The notes under the pieces are model-generated. The model did not search any database. It had not been told where the DNA came from and saw nothing but the letters and a program-made list of their open reading frames with translations. This document shows positions 23,374 through 34,396 of a DNA stretch of 64,000 nt, piece after piece (the stretch's first letter is position 1; every line of letters starts with the position of its first letter). The stretch lies in assembly GCA_963741205.1 (NCBI GenBank), contig CAVUHW010000020.1, positions 128,001 to 192,000 of the forward strand, read 5' to 3'. The translations under genes were made by a program, and so were the position numbers. The DNA comes from Nitrospirota bacterium. Lineage in GTDB: Bacteria; Nitrospirota; UBA9217.

Positions 23374-23778
23374 ATGAAAAAGCTGGTCGCCTTCTCGTCG
23401 CTTGCCTGCGGTCTACTCTTGATCCTCATTCCGCGTTTCATCCTGCCCACGTGTGAATACGAAGGTTACCCACGCATGCATTGTTCGGACGCGGCCCATG
23501 CGGAATTTATTGCCGGCGCGCTGCTCATGCTGATGGGGTGCGGGACGCTCTTCCTGAAAACGGAAACGACGACCATGCTCGCCTCTCTGGCTGCCGGTTT
23601 GCTTTTTGTCGTCGCCTACTGGATTCCCGATATGACCGGGTATTGTCAAAGCCCGCGCATGCCGTGTAACTACGGGACGGTCCCGGGGGTGCGCTTCGTC
23701 TCGGTTACCGGCTTCATGATAATGGCCGTCGCACTGGCCGGCCTCGCAAGATCCCGCGGAAGGAAAAAGAACGCATGA
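23374..23778 (+). CDS. DUF4418-like Cys-rich membrane protein
   Basis: PTC..MHC and GYC.SPRMPC motifs between TM helices. Confidence 0.7.
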   Translation: MKKLVAFSSLACGLLLILIPRFILPTCEYEGYPRMHCSDAAHAEFIAGALLMLMGCGTLFLKTETTTMLASLAAGLLFVVAYWIPDMTGYCQSPRMPCNYGTVPGVRFVSVTGFMIMAVALAGLARSRGRKKNA

Positions 23779-24437
23779 TCGAACTTAAGGGACTATCGAA
23801 GACATACACCATATCGGGAAAAACCATCAAGGCGGTGCAAAGCGTCGATTTGACCGTTGCGCAGGGAGAATTTGTATCGATCGTCGGCCACTCGGGAAGC
23901 GGCAAGAGCACTTTCCTGAGCCTCATCGGCGGCATTGCGCGGCCCGACACCGGGACGGTCACCGTGGATGGTGTGAACATCTGGGGATACGACGACAAAA
24001 CCCTGTCGAGGCTCCGGAACGAAAAGTACGGCTTCGTCTACCAGTTCGCCAGCCTCATTCCGACGCTGACCGCGTGCGAAAACGTCCTTCTGCCCACCGT
24101 GTTCGGCGGAAAGAAGACACGTGCGGACGCGGAAAACCTGCTCCAGCTTGTTGGACTCGGCGACAAGATGGGTCGCTACCCCGCCGAACTTTCGGGCGGC
24201 GAACAGCAGCGCGTTGCCATCGCCCGCGCCTTTATCAACGATCCCGAAATCATCCTTGCCGACGAACCCACCGGAGACCTTGATGAGGAGACGGAAGCGG
24301 AAATCATGGCATTCTTCGAGAAGATCAACCGGGAGAAAAACGTTACGATGGTCATGGTGACCCACAGCTCGGAGCTCGCCCTCCGCGCCCCGTCCCGGCT
24401 CAGGATGAAGCAGGGAGTCCTTGAAAAGCTGAACTGA
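23775..24437 (+). CDS. ABC transporter ATP-binding protein
   Basis: GHSGSGKS, LSGGEQQRV and ADEPTGDLD. Confidence 0.93.
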   Translation: MIELKGLSKTYTISGKTIKAVQSVDLTVAQGEFVSIVGHSGSGKSTFLSLIGGIARPDTGTVTVDGVNIWGYDDKTLSRLRNEKYGFVYQFASLIPTLTACENVLLPTVFGGKKTRADAENLLQLVGLGDKMGRYPAELSGGEQQRVAIARAFINDPEIILADEPTGDLDEETEAEIMAFFEKINREKNVTMVMVTHSSELALRAPSRLRMKQGVLEKLN

Positions 24438-24485
24438 CCTGACGTTCCCCGCGGACGGGCGAGCGCTTTCATACGCGCACAAAAT

Positions 24486-24517
24486 AAAAACGGCGGCCTT
24501 TCCGGCCGCCGTTTTTC
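24486..24517. terminator. Bidirectional terminator
   Basis: aaaaacggcggcc-tttcc-ggccgccgttttt between convergent operons. Confidence 0.8.
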
Positions 24518-24551
24518 TGTTACCCGATCGATGAGGTTGCTCCCCCTTCGC

Positions 24552-25258
24552 CTACTTTTTCTTTTTATCCCCGTAGAGATAGTCATATTCCGCCGGATGA
24601 TGATGTTTGAGCTGATCGATCGACATCTTGCCGGTGAGCCACATCCAGTTCATGGGGAACACCTCGGACCGGAGGTGCTCGTTATAGAAGTGGAAGATGA
24701 GGATGAATACGATGGCTAGCAGCGCCTCGTCGCTGTGCATGGCGAACAGGACATCCCAGATCCACTGGACCGTCGACATCGGGAAGAGCGCTGATACCGT
24801 CACCGGGAAGGCGAGGAAAAAACCGGACGCTCCGATGATGAACATGCCCCAATACACCGCCCAGTAGTCGAACTTCTGCATGTAGTTGAACTTTCCGAAG
24901 TACGGCTTCTCTTTCCGAAGGCCGAAAAAGTACATGAAAATTATGAACCACGTCCACAACGTCCTTGGGCATGGGAACGAGGCTCAGCCGGAACCCGCCC
25001 TTGCGCGCCTGGTTGATGAGATAGAACTGGTGGTAGATGAAGTCGAGCAGCATGGTAATGCCCGCGATGCGGTGAATGAGCCCCGCGCTCTTTGCGCCGC
25101 CCCAGAAACGGATCCAGGCGCTGGCCGGGATCCTGGTAGGCATACTTGAGCCCCCAGCCCGTGAACGACAGGAGCAGAAAAGTCGTAAACATGATGACGT
25201 GCTGAATCCTCGCGGAGAGGTCGAATCTCTCGATTTCCTTCGGGATAGTATTATTCAT
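24552..25258 (-). CDS. Di-heme cytochrome b (FdnI/CbcB-like), frameshifts
   Basis: RIQH, IHRIAG, KFNYMQKFDYWAVYWG, MHSDEALLA and FHFYNEH. Confidence 0.85.
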
Positions 25259-26147
25259 GCTTGTCCCCCTTTCTGAAAAGCCGGTCGCGAATGTCCGCGA
25301 TGATATCTAAAAGAACATGGATGCAGATAAATGCGAACACGCTCATGGTGAGAACGATAAGCGCAATCTCGGTAAAGTGAGCGATCGGATGGAGCGGTTT
25401 ATGCGTGATTGCAGCGACGAACTTGGCCGTCGCTCCGCTGTGGCATTTTCCGCAGGTCGCTATCTTATTCTCGCCGACGACCGGCGAGGCAGGGTCCTTG
25501 TCGCTCTTGATATCATGAGCGCCGTGGCAGTTCACGCAGGACGGAGCGTTGGTGTGGCCGACCTTCAGCTTCCTTCCGTGGAAGCTCTCAAGATAGCGCT
25601 CCATGACGAGCGGCGAGAACCCGTATTTTTCGGCCATGTGCTTCTCTTCATGGCAGGTCCCGCAGGTCTTGACGACATTGAAATGATTGACTGCCGACTC
25701 CTTGCTCGTCTTCGGCTGGATGTAATGAGGCGAACCGTGACAGCTCGTACAGACCGGGCCATCGGTTGATTTTTTCACGATGACGTTCTTTCCATGCACG
25801 CTGCCCTTGTAGGCCTCATAGAGGTCCGGATGGCATTGGGCGCATGCCGCCTGCGCTATGGGGTCGATTTTGCTCTTCGAAGAAATTAACGCCGCGAGTT
25901 CCTGCGTGGCCTTATCGGCCTTGCCCGAAAGGTCCTGGTGCTGCGCCCCTTTCAAGGTCATGTGGCATTGGACGCAATCAAACGCGCCGTGGACCGACTT
26001 GGTGTACTTCTCCTGGTTCACATTGACGGACCCTTCCATCGATCCGTGGCATCCGAGACAAGTCGCCGCGTCGGGCGCTGCGCCTGCTGCAGGGACCAGA
26101 ACAAGCGTGAGCAACAACAACAGTGCTGTGTTAAGCCATTTCCTCAT
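25251..26147 (-). CDS. Heptaheme c-type cytochrome with C-terminal membrane anchor (CbcA-like)
   Basis: Signal peptide, 7 CxxCH motifs (CLGCH, CVQCH, CAQCH, CTSCH, CGTCH, CVNCH, CGKCH) and a C-terminal TM helix with His. Confidence 0.9.
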   Translation of the reverse strand: MRKWLNTALLLLLTLVLVPAAGAAPDAATCLGCHGSMEGSVNVNQEKYTKSVHGAFDCVQCHMTLKGAQHQDLSGKADKATQELAALISSKSKIDPIAQAACAQCHPDLYEAYKGSVHGKNVIVKKSTDGPVCTSCHGSPHYIQPKTSKESAVNHFNVVKTCGTCHEEKHMAEKYGFSPLVMERYLESFHGRKLKVGHTNAPSCVNCHGAHDIKSDKDPASPVVGENKIATCGKCHSGATAKFVAAITHKPLHPIAHFTEIALIVLTMSVFAFICIHVLLDIIADIRDRLFRKGDKHE

Positions 26148-26406
26148 ACCTTCTCCTTTCAGTCTATCGTGTGTAAAAAAATGTGTAGGGACAAACTGGT
26201 TTGCTTCGGTGCATCTGACCCCGTCCAGCCCCGCGAGCGGGACAAAACCGAGCGAAAATCCCGGACAGGATAGCAGGATTAAATTGAGATCACAAGCATT
26301 AATTTTAGGTATGTGCGGGATAAATCCTGTGCACTGTTCGTTGTTAAGCGAATCCCCAGGAACGGTGCATTATAGGCAACTATCCGATAATCCGGTGCTT
26401 ATTCAA

Positions 26407-26422
26407 TGCACGTTATATGCCA
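26407..26422 (-). promoter_or_regulatory. Sigma-54 (-24/-12) promoter
   Basis: TGGCATATAACGTGCA on the minus strand, with GG-N10-GC spacing. Confidence 0.65.
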
Positions 26423-26528
26423 CGGATAAGACATTGATTTTTTAATATACAAAGCCCTCCTTTTTTCGCATAATTGAGAATTTCTCCGTATTTCTGTCAC
26501 CTTTGCGAAGAAACAGCGGTTGATTTCA

Positions 26529-27273
26529 TCAGGGATATGAAACCCCTACAAGGTAAAGTCCTTGCGGCGGCGCGGTCCTGCCTGCTTTGGTCCGGTCACA
26601 GGACGCGAGCATGCGCTCAACATCTTTGGGACTGAACCTGCCCAGACCGACCTCTACAAGGGTTCCCGTAATATTTCGTACCATATACTGCAAAAAAGCG
26701 TCAGCCTCGATCGATAGGTCGATGAAATCACCTGTTTTTCTAACGGCCGCCGACTTGATTGTTCGGACCGGCGTTCTGGCGCCGCAGCCCGATCCGCGAA
26801 AGGCCGAGAAATCATGTTTCCCCACGAGAAAGGCGACCGCCCTTTTCATGCGCGCGACGTTCAACGGACGATTCACGTGCCACGCATGATTTCGATAGAG
26901 TGCCGTCGGCTCCCTTCTGTTCAAAATACGGTATCGGTATGTCTTGGAGACGGCGCTGTAGCGGGCGTGAAAATCCGGAGGGACTTCCCGGGACTCCAGC
27001 ACCCGGATGTCGTGTGGAAGAAGGTGGTTCAACGCCGGCGCCCATGCCTGCAGGGGGTATTTCGCTGAAAGTCCGGAAATTTGCCGCGTGTCCGAACGCA
27101 TGCACGCCGGCATCAGTTCTCCCCGATGAATAGGTCTTGGTGTCCTCCCGGGAAAGAGTTCGCAAGGCCTCTTCAAGCGTGTCCTGGACCGTGGGTGTTC
27201 CGCTCGCGGCCTGCGACTGCCAGCCGTGGTAATTCGTGCCGTCGTATTCGAGGATGAGCTTGATGTTTTTCAT
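26529..27273 (-). CDS. truA: tRNA pseudouridine(38-40) synthase (frameshift ~27050)
   Basis: YDGTNYHGWQ, SGRTDAGVHA, FHARYS and FLQYMVRNI. Confidence 0.95.
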
Positions 27274-27278
27274 GCGAC

Positions 27279-27362
27279 GAAGTCAGGAGTCAGGAGCCAG
27301 GAGTCAGGAGAAATGCAGATTGATAATTACCGCTCCTGAATTCTGACTTCTGACTCCTGGCT
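27279..27362. repeat. Inverted tandem heptamer repeat (AGTCAGG/AGCCAGG)
   Basis: agtcagg-agtcagg-agccagg-agtcagg faces tctgact-tctgact-cctggct. Confidence 0.75.
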
Positions 27363-28061
27363 ACTCTCCTAGGTACGCCTTCTTGATTCCCGGGTCTTGC
27401 GCCAGTTGCGATGCCTGCCCCTGCATCACGATCCTACCGGTTTCCAGCACATAGGCGCGATGCGCAAGCCGGAGGGCCGCCTTTGCGTTTTGTTCGACCA
27501 GGAGCACGGTTGTGCCCCGTTCGTTGATTTCCCTGATAATGGTAAATATCCTGCTCACGATGATCGGGGCCAGGCCAAGAGACGGTTCGTCGAGCAGCAG
27601 CAGGTTCGGCCTCGACATAAGGGCCCTGGCGATGGCGAGCATCTGCTGTTCCCCTCCCGAGAGAGTGCCGCCAAGCTGTCCGGCCCTCCCGGCGAGAACA
27701 GGGAACATGGTAAATGCCCGCCCCATGTCCTCGTCCAACTCCTTCCTGTCCCGGGAAAAACCGCCCATTTCCAGATTTTCCCGCACAGTCATACGAGGAA
27801 AGATCCGTCTTCCTTCGGGCGCCTGGGAGATCCCTCTCCTGACGATCTCGTGCGCGGGTCTGCCTGAAATCCGGGCTCCCTCATAATCAATCGTCCCGGC
27901 CCGGAGTCGCGCTATGCCTGATACGGACATCAGGGTCGTAGACTTGCCGGCGCCGTTCGCCCCGATCAGAGCGACGATCTCCCCCTTTTTACGGACAGGG
28001 TTATCCCCTTGACCGCGTCGATCATGCCGTATGACACGGTCACGTCCCGGAGCTCAAGCAT
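27361..28061 (-). CDS. livF: Branched-chain amino acid ABC ATPase (frameshift ~27980)
   Basis: MLELRDV start, GANGAGKST, PEGRRIF, LSGGEQQML and DEPSLGLAP. Confidence 0.9.
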
Positions 28062-28823
28062 GAGCGCTCTCCTTGCCGAGATAGGCCTCGATGACGGCAG
28101 GTTGTTCTGGATATCTTTGGGCAGCCCTTCAGCGATCTTGACGCCGTGGTCTATCACCAGCACCCGGTCCGAGATGCCCATGACGACCTTCATGTCATGC
28201 TCGATCAGCAGGATCGCCACCCCGTTGTCCCGGATCTTGCGGATCAGCGCCATCAACTCCTGTGTTTCCTGGGGATTCATTCCCGCAGCCGGCTCATCGA
28301 GGAGGAGCAGGTGGGGCTCCGTGCCCAGGGCGCGGGCAATTTCCAGCCGCCTCTGATCCCCGTACGAAAGGTTCGCCGCCAAGACGCCGGACTTGTCCTC
28401 AAGACCGACGAATTTAAGAATATCCATGGCACGGAATCCCATGTCGCGTTCTTCCCGCTTAACCTTCTCCGGCCTGAATATGGCGCCGAACACGCCGGCG
28501 CTGGTGCGACAGTGGGCGGCCACCATGACGTTCTCCATGCTGCTCATTCCGCCGAACAGGCGTATATTCTGAAAAGTGCGTGCGATTCCCAAGGCGGTAA
28601 TGTCGTGGGGCATCATGCCGGTAATGTCCCTGTCATGAAATATGGCGGCTCCCTTCGTGGGCTGATACATTCCGGTGATGCAGTTAAAAAAAGTGGTCTT
28701 GCCCGCGCCGTTCGGGCCGATGATGCTCACGATCCTCTCGCGCTCGACCCGCATATCGATGCCGTCGAGCGCAGTGAGCCCGCCGAAGTGTTTGGACAGG
28801 TTTTTCGTTTCTAGCAGCAACAT
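28054..28823 (-). CDS. livG: Branched-chain amino acid ABC ATPase (frameshift near C-terminus)
   Basis: GPNGAGKTT, ARTFQNIRLF, LSYGDQRRLEIARA and IEHDM. Confidence 0.9.
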
Positions 28824-28931
28824 CGAAGAATCTTTCCGGACGCAGATTTACACAGACGGACGCGGATTTGAGTTTCATCATTCCAAATCCGATATTTCAG
28901 CGTCAGTCTGCGTCCAATTTCTTGCTTTTGA

Positions 28932-30089
28932 TCACTTTGGACTTGTCTTGAGCGCTCCCAGCAGCCCCTGCGGCTTGAATACCATCATGAGAACAAGGGC
29001 CGCACCGAAGGCCAGCATCCGGTAGTCCTGGAATTCCCGGAATACCTCCGGGAGCGTGATCAACAGGAACGCGCCCAGAATGATGCCCGGGATGCTGCCC
29101 ATCCCGCCGAGGACGACCATGCAAAGGATCAGGACCGATTCGGAAAAAGTAAAGCTTTCGGGCGATACAAAGGCCATCTTTGCGGCAAAGAAAACTCCGG
29201 TTGCGCCCGCCCAGGCCGAACCGATGACAAAGGCCATCAGTTTGAGCCGGAACGTATTGATCCCCATCGCTTCCGCGGCAATCTCGTCCTCGCGGATCGC
29301 GATCCAGGCCCGTCCGATGCGCGACGCCATCAGCCGGTGCATGGCAAAAACGGTAACAGCAGCCATGAAGAGGATCAGGTAATAAAAGTCGAGCGTGCTG
29401 TTCATCGTATAGCCGGCAAGCGCCGGCCTGCCGATCTTTGATATGCCGTTCGGCCCTCCGGTCACGCTGTCCCAGTTGTTGAAGACGATGCGGGTGATTT
29501 CTCCGAGCCCGAGGGTGACAATGGCAAAGTAATCACCGCGGAGCCGCAAGGTCGGCAATCCGACGACCACGGAAAAGAAGGCCGCCGTCAGGGCGCCGGC
29601 GAGAATGCCGGGCCAGAAGGAAACCCCGAAGACCGTCGAGAGGATAGCATAGGTATACGCCCCGATCGCGTAAAATGCAACGTATCCGAGATTGAGAAGC
29701 CCCGCCTGCCCGACCACGATATTCAGGCCCAGTGCGAGAACGACATACATGCACGTAAGCGTCATGATGTCCCGGTAGTAATTGTTGAGAAAAAGGGGCA
29801 GCAGAATCAGGAAAAGGAGCGCAACGGCGAGACCGGCGGCGGATTGAACGAGGGAAGCAAATGAGGTAGCAGTGACAGGCAGGCGGGAAAGCCGGTTAAA
29901 CAGGGCTTTGCGGACATTCGCGACAGGTTCTGTTTTAGCAAGGCGCCACAGCGCAACAAAGAGACCGGCGACCGCGGCGATTCGGAGCGCGTTTCCCGCC
30001 CCGGTAAGCGGAAGCGCGAGCAGTCCCGCCCAGACGGGGAGCCAAAGCATCCCGGAATTTTTTTTTATCGCCGACAGAAAATCGCCCAT
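28932..30089 (-). CDS. livM: Branched-chain amino acid ABC permease
   Basis: GLNIVVGQAGLLNLG, LRLRGDYFAIVTLG and AIREDEIAAEAMG. Confidence 0.92.
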   Translation of the reverse strand: MGDFLSAIKKNSGMLWLPVWAGLLALPLTGAGNALRIAAVAGLFVALWRLAKTEPVANVRKALFNRLSRLPVTATSFASLVQSAAGLAVALLFLILLPLFLNNYYRDIMTLTCMYVVLALGLNIVVGQAGLLNLGYVAFYAIGAYTYAILSTVFGVSFWPGILAGALTAAFFSVVVGLPTLRLRGDYFAIVTLGLGEITRIVFNNWDSVTGGPNGISKIGRPALAGYTMNSTLDFYYLILFMAAVTVFAMHRLMASRIGRAWIAIREDEIAAEAMGINTFRLKLMAFVIGSAWAGATGVFFAAKMAFVSPESFTFSESVLILCMVVLGGMGSIPGIILGAFLLITLPEVFREFQDYRMLAFGAALVLMMVFKPQGLLGALKTSPK

Positions 30090-30176
30090 GATGGGCAGTG
30101 ATTATCTCACAAAAAAAATATTAATTCAAGGCGGCATTGCAGGCCTGTCAGGCCGGCGGGATCTGATGTTCTTCAA

Positions 30177-31649
30177 TTATGATATCCCGGCGCGAGCGCG
30201 ACGGCGCTCCTCGCCAAGGTTCCTGTAGCGGTCCGGCCAAAACGGCGACAGATACTCCGAAAAGAAATTGCCGGTCCGCCTTCTGGGCAGTCCCATGTCG
30301 CCGAGGAGATCGTCGAGGTAATGCGCCACGAACGGTCCGATGTAATACCCCTCACCTCTACCCGGAAAAGCCTCAGAAGCCCATCGAAGGACCTTTGAAA
30401 TCTCACGCTCCATGTCGGCGGCGCTGCAAAGGGCCAACTCGCCCCGGAAGCATTGGGAGAGCCAATGGGCTGCGACCTCCGAGGTCAACTGACACGCCGT
30501 GGATGAGGCGTAGCCGACAAACCCGAGATTGCGCTGCCGCGGGGGAAGGATGTGCCGGTAGAGGCGAAGCTGACCGTTCTTCTGGATCTGACCGAGCAGA
30601 CCGGGATCGAGAAAGGAAAGGTTCAGACGCCAGCCGGTCGCGAAAACGACCACATCCGCTTGGACGGTCTCCCCGGTGTCGAGTTCGATCTCGTCCGCGT
30701 CCGTGAAGCGCGAGATACCCGCCCGCTTGAGGACCAGTTTTCCCGGGTCCAGAACTCCGTACAACTCGCCCCCTACGCCGAGGTATTCGAACCCTTCGGG
30801 GAGCCGTGTATCCGGCGTAAGCACGGGGGGCATCTTGAGCAGTCTGCGGAGGAGACGACCATACCCTCGCCACCAGGCGCTGACCAGCGCCCTTGCCGGT
30901 CCGTGCAGGACCGCCTCGCAGCGGCTCAAACGGTGATAGCGGAGGAAGGACTCCGCGAGACGGGTCATGACCATCCGATCGAAACGGATGCGTCCGAAAA
31001 AATAACGCGGGGCCATCCAGTGCGGCGCTCTGAATACCAGCGTGCACGAGCGGCCATGCCCCGCGGCCCACGTTGCGCAATCCAGTGCCGACTTGCCCGC
31101 GCCGACTATTACCACGCGCTTTCCCGCCACCAACGCCGGATCGACAAGCCGGCTCGAATGAAGCACAGCCCCTTCAAAAAGCTCCCGGCCGGTTATCTGC
31201 GGAATCTTCGGCTCCGAAAAGACCCCGTTGCAGACCACGACAAAGTCGAAATGAAGCGTTTCCGCGGTTGCGCCTCCGACTGTCCGGATTATGACTTCGA
31301 ACATCCGCGCAGAGACGCTCGTGACCGATACGACCTCGGTGGAAAAACGAACGAGGGACCGCAGTCCGAAATGGTCTGCGTATGATCCCAGGTACGAGCG
31401 AACCTGCTCGGCTGCCGGAAAATCATCTGCCGTTTCCGGGTAGGGATAGTCCGAGAACGCGTAGGTCTCGCGCGGGTTATTGGCGCGCAGCCCGGGATAC
31501 GTGCGGGACGCTGCCCAGACCCCCCCAAGCTCAGCCTGCTTTTCGAACACGACGACCTCGAACCCGTCTTCCTTCAGGACCTTGGATGTCACGAGTCCCG
31601 CGATACCCGCACCAATCACGCACACGCGCCTGCCGGAATCCCTGTCCAT
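30177..31649 (-). CDS. Flavin-containing monooxygenase (class B)
   Basis: GAGIAG, FEGAVLHSS fingerprint, GAGKSALD and VVFATG; likely start MDRDSG at 31649. Confidence 0.88.
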   Translation of the reverse strand: MDRDSGRRVCVIGAGIAGLVTSKVLKEDGFEVVVFEKQAELGGVWAASRTYPGLRANNPRETYAFSDYPYPETADDFPAAEQVRSYLGSYADHFGLRSLVRFSTEVVSVTSVSARMFEVIIRTVGGATAETLHFDFVVVCNGVFSEPKIPQITGRELFEGAVLHSSRLVDPALVAGKRVVIVGAGKSALDCATWAAGHGRSCTLVFRAPHWMAPRYFFGRIRFDRMVMTRLAESFLRYHRLSRCEAVLHGPARALVSAWWRGYGRLLRRLLKMPPVLTPDTRLPEGFEYLGVGGELYGVLDPGKLVLKRAGISRFTDADEIELDTGETVQADVVVFATGWRLNLSFLDPGLLGQIQKNGQLRLYRHILPPRQRNLGFVGYASSTACQLTSEVAAHWLSQCFRGELALCSAADMEREISKVLRWASEAFPGRGEGYYIGPFVAHYLDDLLGDMGLPRRRTGNFFSEYLSPFWPDRYRNLGEERRRARAGIS

Positions 31650-31840
31650 GGATAACGCTCCTTCGCTCCGTTCACGACTGCATGCTTCGCCTGGTATCAA
31701 TTATAGAATATGCGAGTCCCCTTTTTTGGGGAAGCGCCGCATTCCAGAATCCTGTTTGACAACACCACCCTTTGCGGTTAACATGTCACAAGACTCATAA
31801 ATACAAGGGATCTCATAACGATGCGAAAATTGTCAACATC

Positions 31841-33294
31841 ATGCTGAAAAAAATCACCACCACCCTCATCCTCCTCTTCTGGTTCGCCATGATGGGCCTC
31901 CTCCTTGAGCGAACGTACTTCCGTCCCTCCGCGGTCATCGCCCTTGATGCGGTCACGGAAGAAGGGGTCCGCGCGACGGACGAGTGGTTCGGCATCTACC
32001 AGAAGGGCGCAAAGATCGGCTACGCCTACACGAGCGTCAGGCCCGAAGCCGATACATACCACCTCTACGAGGAATCGGAGCTCGACATCCTCGCCCTCGG
32101 GTCCGTGCAGCGGGTGAAAACGGTCATCAACAGTTATACGACCAGGAACTTCCTTCTCAAGTATTTCGATTTTTCCCTGCAGTCAGAGGCTACCACGATG
32201 AAGATCAAGGGCGCCGTGGTGGGCAAGAAGCTTATTCTGGACATCACGACCGGTGGCCAGACCCGCACGGAGAGAATTCCTCTGGCCTCTCCCCCCTATC
32301 TGTCGCCGAACGTCAAGCCGGCCATTCTTCTCGCCGGCCTGGAAACAGGCAAGAAATATCGCTTCCCAATTTTTAATCCTGCGACCATGAGCACCGAGGA
32401 TGCCGATATCACCGTCGAGTCCAGGGAGCGCATCAAGATCGGATCCACGGAACAAAATGTTTACAGACTCAAGGAGTCCTTCCAGGGGATGGAGACAACG
32501 TCATGGGTAAACCAGGACGGTGAAACGCTCAAGGAAGAAAGCGCCCTCGGCTATGTCCTGCTGAAGGAACCGATGGCCCAGGCAAAAAAACGGGACAAAG
32601 GCGGGCCGGTCATCGACATCATAACGCTAACGATGATACCTTCAGATCCGATCAAGGGACTCGTCAAAGGTAAACTACCTCCGTGCCAGACTGAAAGGCG
32701 TCGCCCTCACGGGCTTCCAACTGGAGGGTGACCGCCAGGCTCTCACGGGGGACGTGATCGAAATCAAAGGAGACGACGTCCCCGTTGACTACCGCCTTCC
32801 CTATTCCGGCAAGGAAATGGCAGATTACCTGCATGCCGAACGCTCTGATCCAGAGCGATGATAAAAAGATCGTCGACCAATCGTTCAAGATACTCTCCGG
32901 TGAGAAAAATGCCCGTGAAGCAGCGAGAAAGTTGAACGACTGGGTCTATACCGTCATCGAGAAAAAGCCGGTGGTAAGCATCCCCAGCGCCCTCGAAGTC
33001 CTGAAGCAGCGTGAGGGCGACTGCAACGAGCATACGGCGTTGTACACCGCCCTTGCCCGCGCGGCAGGCATTCCAACTCGCATGGCAGCCGGGATCGTAT
33101 ACCTCGGCGACGGGTTTTATTATCACGCCTGGCCGGAAATATGGATCGGTAAATGGATAGCAGTGGATCCGACCTTCAACCAGTTTCCCGCTGACGCCAC
33201 CCACATCAGGTTCGTGACCGGGAACCTCGACCGGCAGTCGGACATAATCAGGCTGGTCGGGAAATTGAAGGTGGAGGTGCTGGAGTATCGGTGA
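31841..33294 (+). CDS. Membrane-anchored transglutaminase-like domain protein (frameshifts ~32660-32820)
   Basis: N-terminal TM helix; catalytic triad motifs GDCNEH, YHAWPE and VDPT. Confidence 0.82.
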
Positions 33295-33337
33295 AATGCG
33301 GAATGCGGATTTCTGAATGCGGAATATCTCCCTTATA

Positions 33338-33452
33338 TGTCATTCCCGAATGGTTCTATCGGGAATCCATTTTGAATCTAGTCTTTATAAGCCAATGGAT
33401 TCCCGCTCCCCGATTGAATCATTCGAGGACAAGTTTCGCAGCGGGAATGACA
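33338..33452. repeat. GTCATTCCCG...GGAATGAC palindromic repeat
   Basis: tgtcattcccg..cgggaatcca ... tggattcccg..gcgggaatgaca. Confidence 0.75.
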
Positions 33453-33474
33453 ACCTGAACAGATACAAAAATAC

Positions 33475-34203
33475 ATGATCAAACTCATCAACCTCACGAA
33501 AAAATACGGCAAGCTTACCGCGGTGAACGGCATAAACCTGGAGGTTGCCGAAGGCGAAGTGTTCGGGTTTCTCGGTCCGAACGGAGCGGGCAAGACCACG
33601 ACCATCAGGATGATGGCGGGCCTGCTCCAGCCGACGAGCGGCAGCGCGCTGATCGGCGGGTTCGACGTGCAGAAAGAGCCTCTCAAGGCCAAATGCATCA
33701 CCGGGTTCATCCCGGACAGGCCCTATCTGTACGAGAAACTCACGGCAACGGAATTTATGTTCTTCGTGGCCAGGCTTTATGAAATGAACGATTCGAAGAA
33801 GCGCATCGCCGAGCTTCTCGATCTCTTCGGCCTCCCCGACTGGAAGGACGAACTCATCGAGAACTTTTCGCACGGCATGAAGCAGCGCCTCGTCATGGCC
33901 TCGGCCCTGCTCCATCATCCGAAGGTCCTCGTGGTGGACGAACCCATGGTCGGCCTGGACCCCCGGGGCGCGCGTCTCGTAAAGGATATTTTCAAGGACC
34001 TCGCGTCGAAAGGCGTGACCGTATTCATGTCCACGCACACCCTCGAAATCGTCGAGCAGATGTGCACGCGGGTCGCCATCATCAACAAGGGCGACATCAT
34101 AGCGGAAGGAAGCGTCGAAGACCTGGGCCGCATGGCCCGCATGCAGGGAAGCCACCTGGAGCCGATTTTCCTCAAGCTGACCGGCGGGGATGAGGCCATG
34201 TGA
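33475..34203 (+). CDS. ABC transporter ATP-binding protein
   Basis: GPNGAGKTT, FSHGMKQRL and VDEPMVGLDP. Confidence 0.93.
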   Translation: MIKLINLTKKYGKLTAVNGINLEVAEGEVFGFLGPNGAGKTTTIRMMAGLLQPTSGSALIGGFDVQKEPLKAKCITGFIPDRPYLYEKLTATEFMFFVARLYEMNDSKKRIAELLDLFGLPDWKDELIENFSHGMKQRLVMASALLHHPKVLVVDEPMVGLDPRGARLVKDIFKDLASKGVTVFMSTHTLEIVEQMCTRVAIINKGDIIAEGSVEDLGRMARMQGSHLEPIFLKLTGGDEAM

Positions 34204-34396
34204 ACAAGACCCGTACGTATCCATCTGCTTCAGCATCATGACTCGGGAGAGAGCAGGCCTTTTGTTACAATTGAAATTCTCTCTGTATTCTCGGGTCGCA
34301 AAGTGGTATAATATTTACAACTTTATTTTGTTTTTTCTTGCCGGCATTTTCAAATTGCATATTCGGGAACTCGTTCATTCCGGCTGAGGGTATAAA

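Noticed and set aside
26150-26400. c-di-GMP riboswitch in the cytochrome leader
   Set aside because: No GGCAAA/GAAA/GCAAAG GEMM pattern is recognisable.
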